Below, piece by piece: positions 8,721 through 18,397 of a DNA stretch of 32,000 bases. The notes beneath the pieces are model-generated. The model had not been told where the DNA came from and searched no databases. It saw only the letters and a list, made by a program, of their open reading frames with translations. Numbering within the stretch: the first letter of the stretch is position 1; each line of letters begins with the position of its first letter. The stretch covers positions 1,320,001-1,352,000 of the forward strand of contig NC_017080.1 of NCBI RefSeq assembly GCF_000284115.1, written 5' to 3'. The position numbers were made by a program, and so were the translations under genes. The DNA comes from Phycisphaera mikurensis NBRC 102666. GTDB taxonomy: Bacteria > Planctomycetota > Phycisphaerae > Phycisphaerales > Phycisphaeraceae.

Positions 8721-9593
8721 ATGCGTATCGCCTTCCTCGGGGACGTCGTCGGTGCTCCCGGCCGACGGGCCCTCCTCCAGTGCCTCCCCGACCTCCGCGG
8801 GCCGCGGCGTGTGGACGTGGTGCTCGCCAATGTCGAGAACACCGCGTCGGGCAGCGGGCTGCTGCCCGACCAGCACAAGCGCTTCGCCGAGGCGGGGGTC
8901 GACGGCATGACGCTGGGGGACCACGCGTTCCGCAAGAACAAGATCCGCTCCGCGCTCGAATCCGCCGACGACCTCATCCGCCCCTTCAACCTGCCCGGCA
9001 CCGCCTGGGGCCGGGGCGCGATGACCCTCCGCAAGCCCGGCCTGCCCGCGGTGCACGTGATCACGCTGATGGGGCGGCTGTTCATGAACGGGCCGCAGGC
9101 GGGCGATCCGTTCGCCGCGCTGGACGGCTGGCTGGAGCGGCTGCACGCGCAGCACCGCGACGGCCCGCCGCCGGTGATCGTCGTCGAGATCCACGCCGAG
9201 GCGACCAGCGAGAAGGTCGCGCTGGGCTGGCACGCCAACGGTCGCGTTGCGGCGGTCGTGGGCACGCACACCCACGTGCCCACCGCCGACGCCCGCGTGC
9301 TGCCGCGGCCCGGGCCCGACCCGACGATCCCCGGTGATGTCCGGCCCGGCGTCGGCGGCACCGCCTACGTCACCGACCTGGGCATGACCGGGCCCGACGA
9401 CTCGTGCCTGGGCCGCCGCGTCGACCGCGTGCTCTCGTTCATGACCCGGTGCGTCCCGAGCCCCTTCGACGTCGCCGAGGGGAACCCGCACGCGCACGGC
9501 GTCCTCATCGACGTCGACGAGACCACCGGCCTGGCCACCGCGATCGAGCGCTACGACGTGGCGGCCGACGTCGGGGCGGCGCCCTTCGTCTAA
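8721..9593 (+). CDS. ymdB: YmdB-like metallophosphoesterase (2',3'-cyclic-nucleotide phosphodiesterase family)
   Basis: MRIAFLGDVVG, NVENTASGSG, TLGDH, EIHAEATSEK, GTHTHVPTAD, YVTDLGMTG. Confidence 0.88.
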   Translation: MRIAFLGDVVGAPGRRALLQCLPDLRGPRRVDVVLANVENTASGSGLLPDQHKRFAEAGVDGMTLGDHAFRKNKIRSALESADDLIRPFNLPGTAWGRGAMTLRKPGLPAVHVITLMGRLFMNGPQAGDPFAALDGWLERLHAQHRDGPPPVIVVEIHAEATSEKVALGWHANGRVAAVVGTHTHVPTADARVLPRPGPDPTIPGDVRPGVGGTAYVTDLGMTGPDDSCLGRRVDRVLSFMTRCVPSPFDVAEGNPHAHGVLIDVDETTGLATAIERYDVAADVGAAPFV

Positions 9594-9594
9594 G

Positions 9595-9640
9595 CCGCGG
9601 ACCGCGCCGCTTTCTGCGCCGACGGGGCGACGGTCCGCGG
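9595..9640. repeat. REP-like hairpin module (CCGCGGACCG - 26 nt - CGGTCCGCGG)
   Basis: Starts 2 nt after the ymdB stop. Same arms as 4201-4246. Confidence 0.7.
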
Positions 9641-9721
9641 CCGGTTCGGCGGCCGGGTGGACCGGCCGCGCGGCCACCGCGCCCGCGGCCGGCCTCGCGC
9701 CCAAGCTCCTGCGTGTACCCA

Positions 9722-10327
9722 ATGCCCACCCTCCACGCCACCTGCCTGCTCGCCTCGGCTCCGGGACCGTCGGTCGGCTTCTGGAGCACGATCTTCGGCA
9801 CATCCTGGTCCGACGCCGGCCGCCTCGCCCTGACCGCCCTCGCCGGCTACGCGGTGCTGGTGGCGATGATCCGGCTGTTCGGGAAGCGCACCACCTCGCG
9901 GATGAACAACTTCGACTGGATCGTTACGGTCGCGATCGGCACGATCTTCGCCACCACGCTGATCCGCGACGCCGTGCCCCTCTCCGACGGGCTGCTGGCC
10001 ATCCTGCTCCTGCTCGTCGTCCAGTTCGCGGTGACCCAGGCCACCGCCCGCTCCGCATTCGCCCGCCGTTTGTTTCTGTCCCCGCCGCGGATCCTCTGCC
10101 GGGCGGGCGTCGTCGACGAGCGGGCGATGCGACGCGAGCGGGTCTCCCGCTCGGAGCTGGAGTCCGCCGTGCGGGCGGCCGGGCTCGGCCGCCTCGGGGA
10201 CGCGGCCGCGGTCGTGCTCGAGTCCGACGCCACGCTCGCGGTCGTGAAATCGACCGACCGCGACCGCCTCACCGCCTTCCGGGGCGTCCGCGGCTTCGAA
10301 CCGCCGGCCGATGCCGACGGCCGCTGA
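9722..10327 (+). CDS. DUF421 (YetF-like) membrane protein
   Basis: N-terminal TM helices, LFGKRTTSRMNNFDWIVTVAIG motif and a C-terminal soluble domain. Start is uncertain. Confidence 0.65.
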   Translation: MPTLHATCLLASAPGPSVGFWSTIFGTSWSDAGRLALTALAGYAVLVAMIRLFGKRTTSRMNNFDWIVTVAIGTIFATTLIRDAVPLSDGLLAILLLLVVQFAVTQATARSAFARRLFLSPPRILCRAGVVDERAMRRERVSRSELESAVRAAGLGRLGDAAAVVLESDATLAVVKSTDRDRLTAFRGVRGFEPPADADGR

Positions 10328-11608
10328 TCAGAAGAGCAGCTGCAGCTGCGTGCGGATCGACAGCAGATCCCCGCCGCCGGGCGGCGCGAGGCCCAGCCCG
10401 CCGCCGAAGGCGCCGCCGGCGAGGGCCTCCGGCGTGGTGCCGCCGAAGCCGGCCGGTGCCTCGGGGACGTACACGCCGTCGAGGGTCAGCCGCAGGTCCT
10501 GGCCCCGCAGGTAGGCGTTGACGCCGGCTGTCACCGCGTGCACCGCGTCCACCTCGCCGTCGTCGATGAAGTCGTAGCGGACGAAAGGCTGCACCTTCTC
10601 GGTCAGGCTCCAGCCGCCCTGCACCACGAAGCCCCGCGCGCTGAATCCGCCGGCGTCCGCCCCCATGACCGCGGCCATCGCCGCCACGGAATCGAGCTTG
10701 AAGACGGCGTCGGCGGTCCAGGCCGACAGCGTGTTGCCGCCGACCACCGAGTCGTCGTCCTGCACATGCCCCGCGAGGCCGAGGAACAGCTGCGGGCCCA
10801 GCTCCCAGGCGACGAGGTCCTTGAGGTTGTCCCACTCGCCGAGCAAGCGGCTCTGCGCACGGGTGGTGAAGGCCCAGTCGCTCGCGTCGTTGAGGCTTCC
10901 GGTGTTGCTGCGTGTGCCGCCGTCGCTGAGGGCGGCGCTCAGCCGCACCCGGTCGGCGACCGGCACCACCAGCTGCACCTGTTCGCTGCGGTTGAGGGTG
11001 AAGAAGTTGCTGCTCTGGGCCCGATCCGCCGCGAGCAGCCGCTTCGCCGAGAGCAGCTGCTCGTAGAGGAACGGGAGCTTGAAGAGCCCGGCCTGGAGCT
11101 TGACGCCGCCGTCGAACGTCCACTGGACCTGCGCGTCGAGCACGTCCACCCCGCCGCCCTCGCGGTCGGCGTCGAGCTGCAGGAAGTAGCTGAGCTTCTC
11201 GTCGACCACGTGCCCGGAGAAGGCGAGGCGGGCCCGCCGCACCTGGAAGCCCGAGGCGTCGTCGCGGGGCCCGCCGGCCGCGTCGCGGAGAGCGACGTGC
11301 TGGAACTGCAGCAGGCCCTCGATGTCGAGCCGGTGGCCCGGTCCCGCGAGGAAGAAACGCTGCCCGTCGTGCCCGCCGAACGCCGCCGCCTCCCCGGCCG
11401 CCTCCACCGCGTCGTCGACCACCCGGCGGACCTCCTCGCGGCGGGCGTCGGCGGTCCAGGGCGCCTCGCCGCGTCGCTCGTCGAGCTCCGCCCGCAGCGC
11501 CGCGACCTCGGCCCGCAGCGCGACGAGCCGGTCCGCGGGCGGCTCCTGCGCGGACGCGGCGGGTGCGGCGACGGCGGCGGCGAGGGCGAGGAGACGGATC
11601 GGCTTCAA
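10328..11608 (-). CDS. outer-membrane beta-barrel porin (phosphate-selective porin O/P-like)
   Basis: Signal peptide MKPIRLLALAAAVAAPAASAQE, N-terminal coiled coil, alternating beta-strand pattern, C-terminal ...IRTQLQLLF. Confidence 0.7.
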   Translation of the reverse strand: MKPIRLLALAAAVAAPAASAQEPPADRLVALRAEVAALRAELDERRGEAPWTADARREEVRRVVDDAVEAAGEAAAFGGHDGQRFFLAGPGHRLDIEGLLQFQHVALRDAAGGPRDDASGFQVRRARLAFSGHVVDEKLSYFLQLDADREGGGVDVLDAQVQWTFDGGVKLQAGLFKLPFLYEQLLSAKRLLAADRAQSSNFFTLNRSEQVQLVVPVADRVRLSAALSDGGTRSNTGSLNDASDWAFTTRAQSRLLGEWDNLKDLVAWELGPQLFLGLAGHVQDDDSVVGGNTLSAWTADAVFKLDSVAAMAAVMGADAGGFSARGFVVQGGWSLTEKVQPFVRYDFIDDGEVDAVHAVTAGVNAYLRGQDLRLTLDGVYVPEAPAGFGGTTPEALAGGAFGGGLGLAPPGGGDLLSIRTQLQLLF

Positions 11609-11889
11609 GGTGCGGGCACGCTAGCGCACCGCGGCCGGTCGCCGAGCCTCGCCCGCCGAGCCTCTGCCCCATGCGTCCGGCGGTCGGGCACGCGTCGCTG
11701 CGTAACCGCTCTGCCTGTGGGCCGCGGGCGGTCTGGGCGGGGGCCGGCCGCACCGCCCGGCCCTCCCCCGGCGGCGTCGCGCCGGCTTGCCGCGTCCACG
11801 CACCGCCGACCCGCAGCGTTTACCCTGACGCTCGCGCCGCCCACGCCGGGCGGCGGCTCTTCTGCACCTCCCGCCGGAGGCGGAATGCC

Positions 11890-12546
11890 ATGAACCCACA
11901 GGACATCCCCCTCGAGAGCGCGGCCCACAAGCCCTACAAGACCGTGCTGCTGTTCGGCGCCCCGGGCGCGGGCAAGGGCACGCAGGGGAAGATCCTCGCG
12001 CGGATCCCGGGCTTCTACCACTGCTCCTGCGGCGACGTCTTCCGCAACATGGACCTCACCAGCGACCTGGGCCGCATGTTCGTCGACTACTCCAGCCGCG
12101 GCGAGCTCGTGCCCGACGAGGTGACGGTGAAGATGTGGGCCCGGGCGATCCGGGCCCGCGCCTTCCTCGGCGACTTCAAGCCCTCCGACGACATCCTGAT
12201 CCTCGACGGCATCCCACGCACGCTGCAGCAGGCCCGGCTGATGGACGAGCACGTCGAGGTCATCCAGGTCATCCACCTCACCTGCTCGGACGAGGCGGAG
12301 ATGGTGCGGCGGCTGCGGCGCCGGGCGATCAAGGAGAACCGCCGCGACGACGCCGACGAGGCCGTGATCCGCAGCCGCTGGCGGATTTACCAGGAGGAGA
12401 CGGCCCCGGTGCTCCGGCACTACGAGCCGTCGATGATCCGCGAGGTGGACGCGATGGGCTCGCCCGCCCAGGTGCTCGGCAGCGTGCTCGACCACGTGGT
12501 GCCGGCCCAGGACGCGCACTTCGCCGCGGACCGCGAGGGGAAGTAG
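11890..12546 (+). CDS. adk: adenylate kinase family protein
   Basis: P-loop LLFGAPGAGKGTQG and LILDGIPRT. ATG 11890 lies inside a longer spurious ORF. Confidence 0.8.
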   Translation: MNPQDIPLESAAHKPYKTVLLFGAPGAGKGTQGKILARIPGFYHCSCGDVFRNMDLTSDLGRMFVDYSSRGELVPDEVTVKMWARAIRARAFLGDFKPSDDILILDGIPRTLQQARLMDEHVEVIQVIHLTCSDEAEMVRRLRRRAIKENRRDDADEAVIRSRWRIYQEETAPVLRHYEPSMIREVDAMGSPAQVLGSVLDHVVPAQDAHFAADREGK

Positions 12547-12702
12547 CGAGAAGGGGGGGGCGATCCGCGGCGCGGCGGGCGTGGAGCCAGGGGCGACGGG
12601 GGATCCCGGCGGGCATGCCCGAGCCGTGCGGCCCGGCGGCTCCGCCGGCCGGGGCTCGCTCCGGCGTCTTCATCGATCCTCCCGTTCCCGGCTTCCCGAG
12701 CC

Positions 12703-13923
12703 TCACGCGGTGGCGTCCGCGTCGGCCCGCCTGCAGATCATGGCCCGCACGCTCCGCCCCAGGCGGAGCACGAGAACCACCAGCGCCGCCTCGCCCGCTC
12801 CGCTCCAGCGGCGGGCGAGCGCGTCGGGCTCGCAGGCGCGGCCGCGGGTCTTCACGGTGACCTCGCCGGCGTCGAGCGCCCGGAGCCGGGCGGCGACCTT
12901 CTCCGGCCGGAAGGCGAGCTCCTCGAGCAGCTCGAAGGCGGTGAGCCAAGCCGCGTCGCCGGCGTCGGCGGGCAACGCGTCGGCGGTGAGCACGCCGAGG
13001 CCGGGGGCGAGCTCGGGCAGGCCCAGCGTGGGGAGCAGCTCCGCACGCTCCAGCGCCGGGTCGGGAACGAGGAGCAGGCCGGCCGGCGGGGCGGTGCCGA
13101 GGTCGGTGGACGGCTCGCCGGCGCGGTGCAGCACGCCGCCGGGCCGGACGAGCGAGGCGGAGCGGGTGGCGGTGCCGGCGAGGCGTCCCGTCCAGAGCAG
13201 GGCCTGGACCAGCGTCGAACGCCCGCCGGCGGACGCGCTCACGAAGCCCAGCTCGGCGGGTGCGCCCGGCGCCGCGAGCGTCGCGGCTTCGGCGCGGTCG
13301 ACGCCGGGGGCGAGCTTGACGCAGCCGCCGGCCGCGGCGGCGAGCGAGGCCCGGACGGCGGCCGGCCCGGGGAGCATCGCCCCGAGGCCTCGGAGCCGGC
13401 GGCCGGCGGCCCGGCGGGCGGGATCCAGGTGGACGAGGCGGCAAGCCAGCGCGCCGCGGGGGAGGTCCTCGATCCGCGCCGCCGCCGCGGGCACGCCGGC
13501 GTTCCGGCCCGCCATCCACGCCCGGAGCGGGTCGGCGTCGATGCCGATCGCGGCGACTCCGGCCTCCGCCAGGGCGATCAGGTCGCCGCCGACGCCGCAG
13601 CCCAGGTCCAGCGCCGGCGGGTCGCCGGGCCGCGCGGCGGCCGCGAAGCGCGACGCCTTCGCCGCCGCCACCGCGAGCGAGCTCGCCTGCTCCACGCCCT
13701 CGGCGTCGGCGAGCAGCGTCGCCGCCCGCTCCCCGAACTTCGGCTCCGCCTTGGCCCGGGCGGCCGCGAGGCCGAGAGCGGCGGCGACGATGGCCGGGTC
13801 GCGTCCGGCGCGGAGGCGGGCGACGGAGGCGACGCGCGAGGCGTCGGTCGCCGAGGCCTCCCGCATCAGCGTGGCGTCGCCCGCGGCGGCCGCCGCGGCG
13901 GTGATTCGGTCGGCGTGCGGCAC
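12703..13923 (-). CDS. class I SAM-dependent methyltransferase with C-terminal extension
   Basis: Motif I LDLGCGVGGD followed by GIDAD. 406 aa. Confidence 0.6.
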   Translation of the reverse strand: MPHADRITAAAAAAGDATLMREASATDASRVASVARLRAGRDPAIVAAALGLAAARAKAEPKFGERAATLLADAEGVEQASSLAVAAAKASRFAAAARPGDPPALDLGCGVGGDLIALAEAGVAAIGIDADPLRAWMAGRNAGVPAAAARIEDLPRGALACRLVHLDPARRAAGRRLRGLGAMLPGPAAVRASLAAAAGGCVKLAPGVDRAEAATLAAPGAPAELGFVSASAGGRSTLVQALLWTGRLAGTATRSASLVRPGGVLHRAGEPSTDLGTAPPAGLLLVPDPALERAELLPTLGLPELAPGLGVLTADALPADAGDAAWLTAFELLEELAFRPEKVAARLRALDAGEVTVKTRGRACEPDALARRWSGAGEAALVVLVLRLGRSVRAMICRRADADATA

Positions 13924-14014
13924 GCGGGGACGCTACCGCCGGTGCCGCCGGAGAGCCGGAGCCCCGGCGGCGCTTCGCCCCCGCGGACCGGCCGTTCCGG
14001 GCTACGTTCGGGCG

Positions 14015-15298
14015 ATGCCGACCGTGACCGACCCCGCGAACCCGCTGCTCGCGGTGGCGCTCGGCGCCGCCGCGGTCCTGCTCCCGCTGCTGGTGACCGC
14101 GTGCGTCGTGCTCACCGTCTCCCGCGCACGGCTCTCGCGCCGCCTCGCCGCGGCCGAGGCCGACGCCGCGGGCCTGCGGGCGGCGGCCGAGGCCGCGGGC
14201 GGCCTGCGGACGCTGATCGAGGCGTCGGCCGAGACGCTGGGTGACCGCTTCGCCGCGCTCTCCGCCGAGGCGCTCGACGTCGGAGGCCGCCGCTTCCTGG
14301 ACCTGGCCGACCGCCGCCTCGGCGGCACCGAAGACGCCGCGGCCGCGCGGCTCTCGGCGCTGATCGACCCGCTGCGCTCGCAGCTCGACCGGCAGGCCGC
14401 CGCCGTCGCCGAGCTGGAGCGGGGGCGGCGCGCCAGCGAGGGCGGCCTCAAGGAGCAGCTGCTCGGGCTCGCCCGGGCGCAGGAGGGCCTCGACCGCCGG
14501 GCCGGCGAGCTGGCGGCGGCGCTCTCGGGCTCGTCCGCCCAGCGCGGCCGCTGGGGCGAGCTGACCCTGCGACGCGTCGCCGAATCGGCGGGCATGGTCG
14601 ACCGCTGCGACTTCGGCGAGCAGTTCCACATCGCGGCCGACGATCGGCGGGGCGTCTTGCGGCCGGACATGGTCGTCCACCTCCCCGGCGACCGGCGCGT
14701 CGTGGTCGACGCGAAGGGCGTCGGCGCCTCCTATCTCGCCGCCTGCCGCGAGGCCGACGAGGCCGAGCGGGAGCGGCTGCTCGGCCGGCACCTCGCCGAC
14801 CTCGAGACGCAGGTCAAGCGGCTGTCGGAGAAGGCCTACCAGCGGGCGCTGCCCCGCGGCGTCGACTTCGTCGTGCTCTTCGTGCCGGGCGACAGCTTCC
14901 TGGCGCCCGCGGCCGAGCGGCGGCCCGACCTGCTGGAGTGGGCCCTCGCCCGCAACGTCGTCATCGCCACGCCGACGACGCTGGTGACGCTGCTCAAGGC
15001 CGTCGCCATGGGCTGGCGGGAGCAGGCGGTCAGCGAGAACGCGGCGCGGATCCGCGACGCGGGCGCGGAGCTGCACCGGCGGCTCCAACGCCTCACCGCC
15101 CACCTCGACGCGGCCGGCCGCGGCCTCGCCGAGGCCGTCACCGCGCACAACCGCTTCCTGGGCAGCTTCGAGCGGCACGCGCTCCCGGCCGCCCGGCGGC
15201 TGGAGGCCATGGACGCCGCCGGCGACGAGCCGCTCCGGGCGGAAGCCCCGGCCGCCTCCACCCCCGGCCCGATCCGCAGCCGCACGCCCGCCGCCTGA
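14015..15298 (+). CDS. rmuC: DNA recombination protein RmuC
   Basis: N-terminal TM, long coiled coil, then RGRWGELTLRRVAESAGM...PDMVVHLPGDRRVVVDAK...FVVLFVPGD nuclease-like core. Confidence 0.85.
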   Translation: MPTVTDPANPLLAVALGAAAVLLPLLVTACVVLTVSRARLSRRLAAAEADAAGLRAAAEAAGGLRTLIEASAETLGDRFAALSAEALDVGGRRFLDLADRRLGGTEDAAAARLSALIDPLRSQLDRQAAAVAELERGRRASEGGLKEQLLGLARAQEGLDRRAGELAAALSGSSAQRGRWGELTLRRVAESAGMVDRCDFGEQFHIAADDRRGVLRPDMVVHLPGDRRVVVDAKGVGASYLAACREADEAERERLLGRHLADLETQVKRLSEKAYQRALPRGVDFVVLFVPGDSFLAPAAERRPDLLEWALARNVVIATPTTLVTLLKAVAMGWREQAVSENAARIRDAGAELHRRLQRLTAHLDAAGRGLAEAVTAHNRFLGSFERHALPAARRLEAMDAAGDEPLRAEAPAASTPGPIRSRTPAA

Positions 15299-15406
15299 CC
15301 CCCGCGCGGCGTGGAGCCCGCCGGCCCCGGCCCGTCGCAAGACGCAGGCCCGGGCGGGGCGGCCCGCCCGCCCGGCGGCGTCGAGGAGCCGCACGCGCTT
15401 CGCGCG

Positions 15407-16828
15407 CTACCCCAGCGGCACCCGGTCGTCCGCCGCCCGCAGCTCCCGCTGGGCGTGCTGCGGCGGCATCGGGTCCGGCGGCGCGGCGTCCCGCACCTCC
15501 GCCGCCGGCTCGCCCGCGGCGGCCATCCGCCGCAGCAGCCGCTCCTTCATCCGCTCCCGGACCGGGGCGTACGCGGCCAGGCCGGCGAGGTTGATCAGCT
15601 CGTGCGGGTCGGCGAGGAGGTCGTACAGGTGCGTCTCGGTGTAGGCCGCGGCGAAGCGGTCCCCCGGCGCCGCGTCCGGCGCCTCCGCGGCGTACTTCCA
15701 CCGCCGGGTCCGCACGGCGCGGCCCGTCACGCTCTCGCTCACCTGGATGAAGGCCTCCTCCGGCCACGCCGCCGCCGCGCCCGGCTCGCGGCGCACGAGC
15801 CCGACGGCGCTGCGCCCCTGCGCCCCCTCGGGCGGGTCCACCCCGGCGGCTCCGCAGAGGGTCGGGGCGACGTCGGTCAGCTGGAAGGGCAGCTCCACGC
15901 GCCCGCCGCCGGTGAAGGGCCCGCCGTGCGCCACGCACGGGGTCCGGACGCTCGCCTCGTGGCACGACCGCTTGTACTCGTCGTTCCGCGTGCGGAAGTG
16001 GCAGGCGTGGTCGCTCGCGAAGAGCACGACCGTGTCCTCGATCCGGCCCAGCGAGATCAGCGCGTCCATCAGCCGCCCGAAGGCCTCGTCCAGCCGCCTG
16101 CACATCCCGAAGTAGCCGGCGAGCTGCTGCTGGGCGTTGCCGCCGGTGAGGTGGCGGACCGCCGGGTGGGCCCCGGGCAGCGCCGCCAGGTCGGGCGGCG
16201 TCCACCGCCCGGCGTAGCGGCCGGCGCTGAAGGCCGGGGCCGGGTGATCGTCGCGGTGGTTCTGCATGTGCGGCTCGAGGTGGCTGAGCATGCACAGGAA
16301 GGGCTCACCCGCACCCGAACGCTCGGAGATCCAGCGGATCGTCGCGTCGGTGAGCGCGTCCACCCGGTAGCCCGGCAGGTCGACGGGGTGCCCGCCGGCG
16401 TCCCAGAGCCTCGTCTGGTACGCGTCGCTCGTCGCCTCCAGCGCGTTGGCCGCCAGCCAGTGTTGCCAGCCGCCGCGGCTTTCCTCGGGCACCGCGTCGC
16501 CGCCCCCGGCCAGGTGCCACTTGCCGAAGTAGCCCGTGGCGTAACCGGCCGCGGCGAAGCGCTTCGCCAGCGTGTCGGCTTCGGCGGGCAGCGGCCGCCC
16601 GTTGGTGTGGCAGCCCGGGCCGATGGCCGTCGCGAAGCGGCCGGTCTGCAGGCAGGCGCGGGCGGGGCCGCAGACCGGCTGCGGGGTGATGGCCTGCGCG
16701 AAGTGCGTGCCGCGGGCGCCCCAGGCGTCGAGGTTGGGCGTCAGGTCGAGCGGGCAGCCGTGCAGCCCGCTGGTGTCGTGCCGCTGCTGATCCGTGAAGA
16801 AGACGACGACGTTGAGGCGGCCGCTCAT
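15407..16828 (-). CDS. arylsulfatase-family sulfatase (no signal peptide)
   Basis: MSGRLNVVVFFTDQQRHD, formylglycine motif CGPARACLQTGR (CxPxR), GKWHL. ATG at 16828. Confidence 0.88.
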   Translation of the reverse strand: MSGRLNVVVFFTDQQRHDTSGLHGCPLDLTPNLDAWGARGTHFAQAITPQPVCGPARACLQTGRFATAIGPGCHTNGRPLPAEADTLAKRFAAAGYATGYFGKWHLAGGGDAVPEESRGGWQHWLAANALEATSDAYQTRLWDAGGHPVDLPGYRVDALTDATIRWISERSGAGEPFLCMLSHLEPHMQNHRDDHPAPAFSAGRYAGRWTPPDLAALPGAHPAVRHLTGGNAQQQLAGYFGMCRRLDEAFGRLMDALISLGRIEDTVVLFASDHACHFRTRNDEYKRSCHEASVRTPCVAHGGPFTGGGRVELPFQLTDVAPTLCGAAGVDPPEGAQGRSAVGLVRREPGAAAAWPEEAFIQVSESVTGRAVRTRRWKYAAEAPDAAPGDRFAAAYTETHLYDLLADPHELINLAGLAAYAPVRERMKERLLRRMAAAGEPAAEVRDAAPPDPMPPQHAQRELRAADDRVPLG

Positions 16829-16869
16829 GGCGGGGAGGCTAAACCGCGGCGGACCGGCTCCGGGCGCCC

Positions 16870-17427
16870 TCAGCTTGCGGCCGGTTCGTCCAACGCCTCG
16901 TCGACCGTCCGCGGGCGCTCGTCGACGGGCGGCTTGACGGCGTCGCCTCTCCGCGGCTTCGGGCGCGGGGTCTTGATCTTCGGGCTCGGCGCGTCGTCCC
17001 CGCCGCCGCGGAACCAGTCCCGCGCCTTCGTCTGCAGGTACGCCGTGCCCGCGGAAGCCACCACCGGGATCGCCTTCCTCCGCACCCACCGGCTCTGCAG
17101 CAGCACCACCGCGCCGGCCGCGATCAGCCCGAGCGCGACCGCCTTCTTGTGGTCCCCCAGCCGGTCGTCCAGGCGGTCGGTGACGGCCTGCACCGGATCG
17201 TCGCGGACGTCTTCCGCCAGCTTCTTGCCCCGGCTCAACAGCGACGGCCCTGCCGCGGCCTCCTCCGCATCGGCCGCGGCCTGCTCGGCGGCGAAGGCCG
17301 CCTTCGCCTCGGCGAGGAGGCGGCGGGTCTCGGCGGTGGAGTCGACGGCCGGCTCGGCGGCGGGCCCGGGGTGCGGGTCGGCGGGGCGGGTGGGGGGGAT
17401 CGGCGGCGTGGGGGGCGTCGTGTCCAT
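16870..17427 (-). CDS. hypothetical single-TM protein (third gene of the yqjD/yqjE-like cluster)
   Basis: Pro-rich N-terminus, helical segment and one TM (AVALGLIAAGAVVLL). No recognisable family. Confidence 0.4.
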   Translation of the reverse strand: MDTTPPTPPIPPTRPADPHPGPAAEPAVDSTAETRRLLAEAKAAFAAEQAAADAEEAAAGPSLLSRGKKLAEDVRDDPVQAVTDRLDDRLGDHKKAVALGLIAAGAVVLLQSRWVRRKAIPVVASAGTAYLQTKARDWFRGGGDDAPSPKIKTPRPKPRRGDAVKPPVDERPRTVDEALDEPAAS

Positions 17428-17462
17428 GGGCAGCGGGCGCGGAACGGGCCGCGGGAAGAGGT

Positions 17463-17894
17463 TCAGGAAACCGCGGACCGCGGCGGCGTCGGCCCCGGAG
17501 GGACGGCGGTCCGCGGCGTCGCCGAGGCGGGCGTCACCGGCGGCGCGGCGGGCGAGCCGGGTGCGACGGCAGCGGCCGAAGCGGGCGGCGGGCCGGCGGG
17601 CGGCGGCGGAAGGGCGCTACGCACGCCCATCCAGGCCGCCCCGGCCGCCGCCGCGGCGAGCCAGAGCCCCGCCACCAGCAGCGCGAGCGGCCAGCCGATG
17701 AGACGGGCCAGCAGCCACATGAACGCCACCGTCAGCACGAGCCCCGCCAGCGAGGCGAGCGACACCGCGAGGGACCACCACGTCAGCACCCGCAGCACCC
17801 TCCCGCCCACGTGCAGCGCCACGCGTCCCTCGGCCTCCGCCAGGCCGGCGAGGTTGACGGCGAAGGCGTTGAGTCGACGGAAGAGCTGATTCAT
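17463..17894 (-). CDS. YqjE / holin-X-like (DUF1469-type) inner membrane protein
   Basis: Amphipathic N-terminus followed by two TM helices, located directly after a DUF883 gene. The C-terminal tail overlaps a REP-like hairpin. Confidence 0.45.
   Translation of the reverse strand: MNQLFRRLNAFAVNLAGLAEAEGRVALHVGGRVLRVLTWWSLAVSLASLAGLVLTVAFMWLLARLIGWPLALLVAGLWLAAAAAGAAWMGVRSALPPPPAGPPPASAAAVAPGSPAAPPVTPASATPRTAVPPGPTPPRSAVS
17471..17516. repeat. REP-like hairpin module (CCGCGGACCG - 26 nt - CGGTCCGCGG)
   Basis: Same arms as 4201 and 9595. Lies within the last ~18 codons of the 17463-17894 ORF. Confidence 0.65.
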
Positions 17895-17937
17895 GCTTCA
17901 AGCGGGCGCGGGCGGGCCGCGGCAACGTAGCTCGCGC

Positions 17938-18309
17938 TCAGGCCCGGTCGACGCTGTCGTCGCGGCTGAGCACCTTGCGCTTGATCGTCTGGCGCCGGGC
18001 CAGCAGCATCTTCGTCGCCATGCCCGAGACGATGGCGACGCCGAGCGCGGCCAGCGGCGGGTCGCGGAAGAAGTCCTTCTGCAGGTGGTGGAGCACCGTC
18101 TCCACGGCGTCCACCATCTTGTCCTGCGTGCTGTCGACGGACTGGTTCTGCTCGTCACCGCCCATCAGCCGCGACTCCCGCTTCTGCCGGCGCTGCTCGC
18201 GGAACTCGGCGAGTTCGGCCTTCATCGCCGCGAGCTCCGCGGCGAGGTCCTCGCCCTGCGGTTCGGTCTGGCTTCCGGCGGTGTCCTGGTTCTCGTTGTT
18301 CTTGGCCAT
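17938..18309 (-). CDS. DUF883 (YqjD/ElaB/YgaM-like) membrane-anchored protein
   Basis: Coiled-coil N-terminus. The C-terminal motif RDPPLAALGVAIVSGMATKMLLARR resembles ENPW..GxGxxxGxxLGxLLxRR. Confidence 0.6.
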   Translation of the reverse strand: MAKNNENQDTAGSQTEPQGEDLAAELAAMKAELAEFREQRRQKRESRLMGGDEQNQSVDSTQDKMVDAVETVLHHLQKDFFRDPPLAALGVAIVSGMATKMLLARRQTIKRKVLSRDDSVDRA

Positions 18310-18397
18310 GGTTCGTGCGGGGTGCTTCGGGGGTGGCGTGCACCGCCCCTCGCCCGGAGCGTAGCGCGAGCCGGAGGCGGGGTTGGGCCCGCCGATC

